DNA of 55,216 nt, from contig CAUYUJ010000174.1 in NCBI GenBank assembly GCA_963575745.1, forward strand, positions 62,001 to 117,216, given 5' to 3'. The notes under the pieces were generated by a model, which saw only the letters and a list, made by a program, of their open reading frames with translations, was not told the DNA's origin and did not search any database. A program made the position numbers and the translations under genes. Each line of letters begins with the position of its first letter. The first letter of the stretch is position 1. The DNA is from Prorocentrum cordatum (taxonomy: Eukaryota). Positions 1-10,500 of this stretch are shown in pieces.

Positions 1-199
1 TCCCTTACTATGGCGCACATCTCCTCCCTATTCGCACATTCGGATGTCGCAGCATGGCGTGGCATCACATGGCATAACATGGTGTTGAAGATTAACGCGT
101 ACCATGACATAGCATGGCGTGGCGACGCCCCATAGTGGGGGGGGGGGGGCTTCTGCGGCGCAAAAGATCAACGCATCGACAACGAACGTGTTTTTTGTA

Positions 200-790
200 T
201 AGCCCTACAGCCCCATAGCCACATAGCCCTATATCATTAGAGCCCTATAGACCCATAACCCAATAGCCTTATGGTCCTATGAATAGCCCAATAGCCCAAT
301 AGCCCGATAGCCTTATAGCCTTATAGCCTTATAGCCCAATAGCCCTATCGCCCTAGATCCAAATAGCTCTATAGCCCTATTGCCCTATAGCCCCTTAGCC
401 CTACAGCCCTAAAGCCCAATAGCCCTATAGCCACATAGCCCTATAGCCCTATAGCCCTCAAGCCCTATAGCCCAATAGCCCTACAGCCATATAGCCCTCT
501 ATCCCTGTAGCCCTGTAGCCCTATAACCCTATAGCCGTATGGCCATATAGCCCTATAGCCCTCTAGCCCTCTAGCTCTATATGCCTATAGCCTATAGCCC
601 TATAGCCCCATGGTCCTCCTATAGCCAAGAGTCCCAGAGCCCCATAGCCCTATAGACCTACAGCCCTATAGTCCCACAGCCCTATAACCCTATAGACCAA
701 TAGCCATGTGGCTCTATAGCCCTATAGTTCCACAGCCCTTGCGCCCCGTAGCCCCATCGCCTTATAGCCCAATAGCACTATAGCCCTAAA
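200..790. repeat. Degenerate (ATAGCCCT)n minisatellite; second tract at ~11510-11652
   Basis: Visible 8-9 nt period. Confidence 0.9.
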
Positions 791-842
791 AAGACTGTCA
801 TTCGGTCTTTTATCCGGTATCATGTTCATATTGTGCAACTGC

Positions 843-1062
843 GGAGGAGGGGGAGGAGGAGGAGGAGGAGGAGGAGGAGGAGGAGGAGAGGAGGAGGAGG
901 AGGAGGAGGAGGAGGAGGAGGAGGAGGAGGAGGAGGAGGAGGAGGATGAGGAGGTAGGGAGGAGAGGAGAGGAGGAGGGAGAGGGAGGGAGGGAGGAGGA
1001 GGGAGGAGGAGGAGGAGGAGGAGGAGAGGAGGAGGGAGGAGGAGGAGGAGGAGGAGGGAGGA
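843..1062. repeat. (GGA/TCC)n microsatellite, representative of many tracts (e.g. 4445-4722, 15820-16052, 18390-18815, 37558-39006)
   Basis: Direct reading. Confidence 0.97.
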
Positions 1063-1165
1063 GGGACGGGGGCGCCCCCCCCCCTCGCGCGACTCCGCGG
1101 TTCGCGCCGTCGACCGCGCCGGCGGCGGGGCCCGGACCCCGGGAGCGCCCCGCCGAGGCCCCCGC

Positions 1166-1228
1166 GCGGCTGCGGTGGCCCGTCATGGTCCGCAGCTTCC
1201 GGCACTGGGCCGCGTCCCAGATCTGGAC
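1166..1228 (-). CDS. FZR1: FZR1 exon ([21 protein letters not shown])
   Basis: AG|G acceptor at 1230-1229; phase-0 continuation of GTNKGE; WD40 motif. The GC donor at 1165 is inferred, so the 3' end is uncertain. Confidence 0.85.
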
Positions 1229-4200
1229 CTCCGGCACAAGAGGACACGCTGGAGGAGGAGGAGGAGGAGGAGGAGGAGCAGCAGGAGGAGGAGGAGGAGG
1301 AGGAGGAGGAGGAGGAGCAGGAGGAGGAGGAGGAGGAGCAGGAGCAGGAGGAGAAGGAGAAGGAGGAGGAGGAGGAGGAGGAGGAGGTGGCCTCGCTGCC
1401 CTGCGGCGGGCACAGGAGGGCACGCTGGCCGCAGGCGGGAGTGCATCCGAGGGGCTGACACCGCGTGGCGGCTCGCCCCTCTTCCTCGCCTGCCCCGTGG
1501 GGGCCCCGCCCGTGCGCTATCTGCACCAGGCTCCGCCGCGTCCCAGGCTGTGATGCCGTGCGCTGGCCTTGGGAGTGCGTTCGCTGTCACGTCAGCACGG
1601 CTCTCGGTAGGGCACAGGACTGCGGATGGCGAGCACGCGTGCCACATCCAGCGGGGGCGCTCTTTCATCGGGGGCGCGCAGACACGGATTAGCGATCCAT
1701 GGATTTGGCGCGCGGCCGCCTGATCCATGGATCGGGGGAGGTGCCCTCCGCAAAATGCGGCCGGTGCCGCCTCGCTCGGCGGCGGGAATCCGCGATTCCC
1801 CATGGAAACGGGACCCGTCGCTAATCCACGCCCCCTTGATCCATGTTTGCGATCGCCTGATCTCAGTAGTGCGCAGAAGGACACTCTGGTGCTGCAGGCC
1901 TCGGACGAAGGTTAGCGAGCACGCATGCCACGTCTATCGGTCAAGGCCCTCCCCTCCCCCCGATGTTCAAAGTTGGCGGTGGGCCTGGTGAGTTGCACTT
2001 CGACCGCAGTCTCCCCCGCGCGTGCCAACTTTGAGCTTGGGGGAGCGGGGGAAAGTCCGCTAATTGTTTCCCCCTACCGACTGTGCCGATGTTGGAGGCG
2101 CACGTCCGACGCGAGCATGTAGTACACAAATCTTCTGGCAAGTGTATCGTTTCCCGTGCGGCCTGGCCAGGATGCGCTCGCCACCGAGCTCATACTACAA
2201 GATTTCTGACCGTGCGCGTCGCCATTGTGAGCGTTCTTTTTATTCGGCGTTTCGGCATTGGGCGAAATGGGGGGGAGTGGGGGGGGGTCTGGCTCCGGAC
2301 CTCGGCTTAACGCGGCTGTTTGGGACCGTGCGTCCTCTGGGGGAGACCCCACCTTCTCGCCAGAAACAGCCGAGGATCTACTCCACGGAGGGGGGGGGGG
2401 AGAGGGGGGGTGCGAGGGCCCGCGCCGATCGGCAAAGCAATGAATCAGCGCTGGACAAACCTCCCTTTAGTAAACCTCCCCTTAGTGAAAACGACCTGGG
2501 GCCGAAATCGAAGGACCTGGACCCGCGAAAAGGACGGCCGCGACGCCCTCTCGCGAACCGAGAACGGCCAATTCCTCAATCGACGTGTCAGGGTAGGAGG
2601 TCTGTCCACCTCCGATTAATAAGCGTCGGGGGCGTCACCCCCGCCGACAGCCCCACATCGACCCCCGTCGCGGGCAGCCACCGCGCGCCGAAGGCGCTAC
2701 GACCCCCGTCGCGGCGCGACGACGAGGCGAGGCTGACCCCCGTCGGGGGGGGGTACCCCCCCGCGCTTACTGAGTAACCCAGAGTATGTATCCCGTTCCT
2801 AGACATGCCCGAGCAGGGCCCCGAGCTTTCCCCCTGCAGGTGCGCGGGCCAGAACTGTCGACCCTGCAGGGCCGACGCACTTACAGGTTGCATCAGCACG
2901 TACGTTTGGGCGGTGCCGACGCCGTGCCCGCGCCTGCGCTCGGGAACCTCTGCTCTCGACGCGTCGCGGCGGCGGCCCCGGCGACGCGCCACACGCCTCC
3001 TCCTCCTCCTCCTCCTCCTCCTCCTCCTCCTCCTCCTCCTCCTCCTCCTCCTCCCTCCTCCTCCTCTGCGAGCGGATGCTGAAGCAGCGCGCCACTCGGC
3101 TCCGCGGGACGGGCGGCGGGACAGGGCTCTCGGGACGTGGACCGGGCGCTCCCAAGTTCGAGATCGACGGGTCGGATCGGCGATCGAAACGAGGCGGATC
3201 TGAAGGGGCCCCGGGACACACAAAAAAATACACACAAAATAAATGATTCCCCATATTTTCCTATATGTTCTGGGTTTCTGTCTTCCCCCCCCACTTCCCA
3301 TACCTTCCCATATTTTCCGAGGAATCGAGGATTAAATGTGTCTGTGTGCTTTTTCCTCCCCTGAGGATCGGCGGAGCGGCGGAACTCGGCGGCCGCGTCG
3401 GGAGCAGTCGAGGCGGCGGACAAATCGGCAGGCCAGCATATGCCTCCCATGGGAACATGGGAATCTGAAGCGGAATCCGGAGTCGAACCGAAACGGAATC
3501 GGAGATCATCGAAACCGAACCGAATCGGAATCGAATCGAATCGGAATCGGAAATCATCGAAATCGGAGTCTAGAACGGAATCCGAAGTCGAATCGGATCG
3601 GAATTGGAAACCATTGAGATCGAATCGGATCGACTCGGAGGACTCGAAACGAGCCCCAACGCGGACGCCTGGAGACAGGGCCGCGTGCGGCGTGCCCCGC
3701 CGGAGCGTGGTGGGCCAGCGTCGGCGGCGCCGCACGCCGCGCAGGAGTTCCCGACCGCAGCAGCTCGCACGGCCTCCTCTTAAAGGAAGACACAGCGGAG
3801 GCCAGTGCACAACAGACCTTCCACAAGAAACCCAACCCTGAGACCCCAGGTCGCCCACTGGTCTTTGTCGTGGACACGTCGCGCTCTCCACCGCAAAACC
3901 ACCGAGACCAAAGCATCCCAGCGCACCCTGGAGGCGAGTAGAGTGCTTCTCGGCGTGGGCCCCCGATGTAAGCCCTGCCTGCATCAACACACGCGTTCCT
4001 CGGAGGTCCGCCCCGAGTCCTTGAATCGGCCCCAGGCCCCCGACGTCGTGACTTTGTCGCGCCGACCCCCAATCGGCGGCGAGCGAAGGGGGTGCGGGGG
4101 AAGTGAGAAGGAGAAGGCCTTCTCGGAAGGCGGCGGGACGACTCAGAAGCCCTCGCGCCTTCCGAGAAGCTTTTGCCTGTCTTCCTGGAAGGATTGGTCG

Positions 4201-4500
4201 GGGATCCTCTGACCCGGGTCAATCCAGACCCGGGTCAGTCAGGCCTTACAGAATCCTGCAGGATCCTGCAAGATCCTGCACACAAACCCGGGTCAATGCG
4301 AAGGATCCTGCAGGATCCCGCGGGACCCTGCACCCAGACCCGGGTCAATGCGACCCTGGCCCTGCAGGATCCTGCAAGATCGGGCGCTCTGGCTGACCCC
4401 CGTTTGCATGGACCCCCGTCTCAAATCTCCCGTCAGGGCAGTTTTCCTCCTCCTCCTCCTCCTCCTCCTCCTCCTCCTCCTCCTCCTCCTCCTCCTCCTC

Positions 4501-4531
<31 letters not shown>

Positions 4532-7500
4532 TCCTCTCTCCCTCCTCCTCCTCCTCCTCCTCCTCCTCCTCCTCCTCCTCCTCTCCTCCTCCTCCTCCTC
4601 CTCCTCCTCCTCCTCCTCCTCCTCCTCCTCCCTCCTCCTCCTCCTCCCTCCTCCTCCTCCTCCTCCTCCCTCCTCCTCCTCCTCCTCCCTCCTCTTCCTC
4701 CTCCTCCCTCCTCCTCCTCCTCCGTCTCTTGAGCCCCGACTTGAGAAACCTCTCAGAAGGCCGGGGGACCTCCGAGCCTTCTGAGGAGGCCCGCCCCTTC
4801 TCACCTCCCCCCCCCCCGCTCGCCGCCGACCCAGGAGAGGTCCGGACCCCTCTCCCCCGGACCGGCCCCTCGTCCCGACTAATTCTAGGTCGGGCCTGTG
4901 CCCCCACAGGGGGACTCTGGGCGAAGAGTGCGAAGAATCAAGAGTAGAGTCGGGGACTGGTCTCAAGGAGCCCAAAAGAAGGAACGAGGCCCCTGTTTTC
5001 CACAAGCTGAACGTCGACTTCCGATCGCAAACAGAAGGAAAGCCTGAGGCAGGCTGCGAAACACCTAAGGAACGCGGAGCCCCTCCCCAACGAAAAGGGT
5101 TCCTACTTCAGGGCCCCGACTGTACACCAACAATATTCAAACATAGACAGAGATACTCAACGAATGCTCCACAGACTTTGAAGGTCGCTGGGGGGGCAGC
5201 GTTGCTTCCAGGGCCAGATCCCGTGCGCTCGGCGGGCGTGCTGGATCGGTCAGCAGCAATCCTTGCAGCCGCCCTTCGCGAGAAGCTCTGATTTACGGTC
5301 TGCTCTAGCCGGCGATTGGGCTGCTCGTGCTTGATCATGGCCTCTCTCCCGCCGCCCCAGAAACACACATCGCGTTTTGCTGCCCCTCGGCGAGCGTCGA
5401 CCCAGACTATCGTTTGACTATGTTTGGATATTCCTCCTGCAGAGGGACAGGCCCTTTGTGGACCCCGGAAGCGGCAGGGCCGATTTTTCACCATTTCCAA
5501 TAACATGTCCCTTGAAAATGGAAACGGCAAAAAAGACGGCGACTGGAAACGGCAAAAAAACGGCTCCAGGATTGGAGCCGGAACCGGTCAAAAAACGGCG
5601 ACGGCACCGGTTAAAAAACGGTGTCGGAACCGGCCCAAAAAACGGCAAAACGGAAACGGTAAAAAAACGGCCCTGCCATTACGGAGCCGAGGCCCGGCGC
5701 GGGGGCCTCCGCGGCGGCGGGAGAAGCGGCCGCGCTGCCTCCGCAGCGCGAGGGGGGGCCTGGGGCGCCGAGCCGCCCCCCCGCCAGCCACTGGCGCGCA
5801 CGGAGCGAGGAGGAGGAGGAGGAGGAGGAGGAGGAGGAGCGCCAGGAGGAGGAGGAGGAGGAGGAGGAGGAGGAGGAGGAGCGCCAGGAGGAGGAGGAGG
5901 AGGAGGAGGAGGGAGGAGGAGAGGGGAGAGGGGGAGGAGGAGGGGGAGGAGGAGGAGGAGGAGGAGGAGGAGCGCCAGCCTTCGGTCGGGCGTGTCCCCC
6001 CACATGGGGATTGCGGACGATATTATCATTAGGGGATCGAAGAATGACACAGACATAAAAACTCGGAGGTCCGCGCGGATTTCTCGGATCGGCGCCAGAG
6101 GCGCCGCCAGGGGGGTCCGACTGAGCCGGATTCGCCCAGATGAGGCCGGTGATCGGCCGCAAAAATGCCAGCGCCGATACAGAATTTAACCTCCCAGGAG
6201 TTGCATCCTAGCCTAAGGCTATGGCAAAACTAGAGGACCGCATCGGAGAACCAAAACTAGAGGACCGCATCGGAGAACCCCCTGTGAGAACGAGCTACGG
6301 CAACCAGGGAAATGAGGCACCAACTGGCCTTTGCTGTTCGAGTTCGCAGGCATCTCCGCAACTTGGGAGGGGAAACGAACCTACCATTAGCTCGGAATTT
6401 GCAGCGGGGGTGCCATTTCCTGTGCAAGATCCGGTTGTGTCTGCGACAAGGGCATCCTTCGGTGCCCGGCTTTCGGGGGGCGCGCGGGAGTGGGATCACC
6501 CCCTGGCATGCAGTGGCTACGGTTAGGTCGGGCATGTCCTCCGAAGGGCGGATTCCCGAAGAGAAACTAAGACAAAAAAAACCGTACCAAAAAATCAAAA
6601 AATGGCCAAACATAGTCGAGACATCGTCCCACCACTATTTGTTGACTATTTCTGAATACCCCTCCTATAGAAGAGGCGTGACCGACTTGAGGCTACCGGC
6701 GCATCGCGTGCGGCGATCGGCGAGCCGCGCGCGCGGGATGCCGCCCTGGCCCAGGCCCGTGCTCCAGGACCCGCGGGACCCGAGAGCGGATCCTGGACAC
6801 CTGGGACTGCTGAACAAAGGCGGGGCCGCCTCCTCCCTCCTCCCTCCTCCTCCCTCTTCCCTCTCCTCCTCCTCCTCCTCCTCCTCCTCCTCCTCCTCCT
6901 CCTCCTCCTCTCCTCCTCCTCACCCTCGATCCTCCTCCTCCTCTCCTCCTCCTCCTCCTCCTCCTCCTCCTCCTCCTCCTCCTCCTCCTCCCCCTCCTCC
7001 TCCTCCTCCGCCGTACCCCGTGCCGGCCCGCTGGGACGGGCGCCCCTCCTCCCCAGGTGGCCCGTCTGCGCGCGGCCTGCCGCGGGCCCGGCAGGAGGCG
7101 GTGTCAGGGTGGGGAGCGTTGGCCGGGCCCTCTCCGTAGGAGGGCGCCAACTATACACCAACACCGATCCTGGCCAGGACCACCCTGGGCCCAGGATCGG
7201 TGTATACGCCCTCCTGCCTGGGGCAGGAAGGCACATACACCAATCCTGGGCGCAGAATTGGCCTGGCCAAGATCGGTGTAGGTGTATAGTTGGTGCCCTC
7301 CGATCTCCGCTCCAGCCTTGGGAGGGGAAGCGGGGCGGAGCGTTATGTTCCAGTCTACTGCAGCCTGAACCACCAGAAGGAGTCTCGAGCACCAAGAGAG
7401 TGCCGAAACTCGAGGGTTGTCGCGCGTCGGGCCCTGGGGGGCACTCGTTGGACACTGTTGCGACACTGTTTCGATACTTTCCCAGGTGCTCGAAATTGAT

Positions 7501-10500
7501 TCTGGGATGTGATCCTTAAGTACAATGAGGGCACCAGAAGCGGAAAGGGGGCTACCTGGACACAGCCGGAGGTCCAGGGAGGAGGTGAGCATTTATCTTG
7601 CCGCCCAGGCCTCCCCCTTGTTCGTGCCCACGGCCAGGTGGGTGCCGCGCTGGATCCAGCTGACCGAAGTGACCATGTCGTCGGCGCCAAGGTCGCACAG
7701 CTTGTTCACCCGTCCAGTGTGGCCACTCCACAGGTAGACCTCGCTGTGCAGCCCGACGGACAACACGTTCGATGACGACCAGTCTACCTTGGAGGCGCGC
7801 ATAACCCACACATCCTCGCGTCGTGACACAAATCACGGCCGAAAGCTCTTGGCGTTTTCCGGGCTCCAGGGGGCCTCACCAGGCTCCAGGACCGTCAAAG
7901 AACGACTCCAGGGAAGAGCGCTGAGAAATACCCATTGGAAAACCAGTCTCAGGGATGGGGTAGAGACCTCGGAGGTCCGCGTCGTCAGTGGCTCTGGGAA
8001 GAAGGCTGGGTGAAGGAGGCCGCCTTCTGACCATACTCACACGGTGCAGGGACGCGTGGCTCCCCAGGGGCCGAGGGGAGAAGGAGGAGGAGGAGGAGGG
8101 GGAGGAGGAGGAGGAGGAGGAGGAGGAGGAGGAGGACGAGGAGGAGGAGGGAGGAGAACGACCTTCTGAGAAGGCCCCTGCCGAGGCCCCCGCCCTCGCC
8201 GTCGTCCTTTTTTGCGTGCCGACCTTGGTTCACACTGGTCCTCCTCCTCCTCCTCCTCCTCCTCCTCCACCTCCTCCTCCTCCTCCTCCTCCTCCTCCTC
8301 CTCCTCCTCCTCCTGCTCCTCCTCATCCCCCTGCGACCAGGTTCAGGTAGAAGTCGTCCTGAAGCTGGGGCGCGTCCAGCACCTTGAAGGGCACCTTGGC
8401 GATCTTGCGGAGCGCCTTGCGCGGGGTGCTCAGGAGGTCCTGGCTCTGGAAGGGGACCGGGGACATGGACCGGAGGGTTCCAGAGGGGGGTTCTGAGGAG
8501 GGGGGGTTCCAGAGAGCCCCCCCTGGCCAGGGACCTCGGAACCTCGTCAAGATAGGGGGTGCGAAGCCCCTGGGGGGCCCCTGCCGGAAAACCCCCTCCC
8601 CAAAAATCGGCATTGGACAAACCTCCCTTTGGCAAACCTCCCCTTAGCGAAAACGGCCTGGGACCGAAACCAGCGGACCTGGACCCGCAAAAGTGACGGC
8701 CGCGACGCCCCTTCGCGAACCGAAAAGGGCCAAGCCGCCAATCGACGTGTCAGGGTAGGAGGTCTGCCCACCCCCGAAGCAAAAACCCTGTGGAACCCTC
8801 CGGATGGAGAACGCGTCGCTCTGCGAGAGCTGCGGCTCGGACCGGAACCGGAACAGGTTCTTGCCCTCCGGAGTCCTCGCCCGGCCCTCGCCGCCTGGCG
8901 GTGCGCCAAGAAGGCTGGGATGGGGCATGTCCTCCTACGGGCGCTTTGTGGGGCACGGAAACGGCAGGGCCGTTTTTTCACCGTTTCCAAAAAAATGCCC
9001 CTTGAAAACGGAAACGGCAAAAAAACGGCGACCGGAAACGGCAAAAAAACGGCTCCAGGATCGGAACCGGAGCCGGAACCGGTCAAAAAACGGCGACGGG
9101 ACCGGTAAAAAAACGGCGTCAGAACCGGCAAAAAAACGGCAAAACGGAACCGGTAAAAAGACGGCCCTGCCGTTTCCAGGGCCCACTAAGTACAGGCGGC
9201 TTCCGAAAGAGAACTCAAAACATCGTCAAAGAATTGGCAGACATGGCTAGACGAGCGCGTTCCACAACTTGCAGAGTACTCCAGATTTCGTAATAAAAGG
9301 GAGGGGGTCTGGACCCTCCAAGACAGGCCATTTCAGACCTCCCCCGTGGGAAAACCATCCAAAACATCGTCCCCAGACCCCCCAGGCCCTCCAAGATAGG
9401 CTGGAAGAGACTCCCCCGAAATGAGACCCCCCTCCCTTTATTACGAAATCTGGAGTATCTACTCGCAAGTGGCCTGGATCCGACGCGGGGGCGATAAATT
9501 ACATCGAAGCGGACATGTGTTTTTGTTTTCGGACACTTGCGAGCATGCACTTTGCGAGTAGTGGAGCGCGCTCGGTGAATAGCCCAAAGAGCACGACTAC
9601 TCGTCCCCAGGCCATTTTGACAATGCTGGGAGGCTCCTCCTGTAGAGAGAGACATGCCCGACTTCTCAGCCTGGCGGTGCGCCAAAAGGGGGCTCGGCGA
9701 TCGAGGTTTGCATTACCAAAGCCCTGCTCACGGCTCCACCTCGCGAGGGGTCAGGGGGGGCTCGGACACAAGCCGGCGTCGAGCTAGGGGGGAAAATGAG
9801 AGAAGGCCCTCTCAGGAGGCGGCGGGGCTTCTCGGAAGCCATCAGGCCTTCTTTCGGAGGTCGGAAAGGGGCGTGGCGTAATGGGGTATGGTGCCAATCG
9901 TGAACATGGCGATGCTATATACGATAGATAACATCGCCTGATTCCCCTTTTAAATAACAGTAGCACCACACCCCTTTACACCAAACCCCTTTCCTACTTC
10001 CAAACTTTTGAGAGGTCTTCTGCGTTTTCCGGGAAGGCTTGGAAAACTTCTGAGACGGCCGGGTGCTTCCGAGCCTTCCGAGAAGGCCCGCCCCCCCCCA
10101 CTTCCCTTCCAGGTCTGGCCGCCGAAATACACACAAGTCCAAGGATTCCCTGCATGATGCTAGATGTTCTCGATGTTCGTCTTCCCCTCCACTTCCCATA
10201 TCTTCCGCACTTTCCTAGGCATCGGCGCCGAGAGAGTCTCTGGAGGCAGAGCTCCTGTCCATGCACCGTCCTGTTGGCGTCCAGAGCTGGAAGGCTACAG
10301 AGGAGGCATGGACGAAGCTCCGACCGCCGCGGGGACGCGAGGCGGGGGGGGGGCTATCCAGGAAGCGGACAGGCAGGGGGCCGCTCGGATGCGAAGAGGC
10401 CTCTGATTGAGGGGGCCGCTCGGCTGCCGCAGGAGGAGGCCTCCGAGCCTCCGATGCGGGGGCCGCCTGTGAACGGGCGACGAACGGTAGAACATAATTA

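Noticed and set aside
200..790. Telomere-like array
   Set aside because: The unit is ATAGCCCT, not CCCTAAA; it is degenerate and recurs internally at 11.5 kb.
9611..9619. GCCATTTTG partial SL match (also at ~35369 and ~49864)
   Set aside because: Only 9 nt, lacks the GCTCAAG end and is not at an element boundary.
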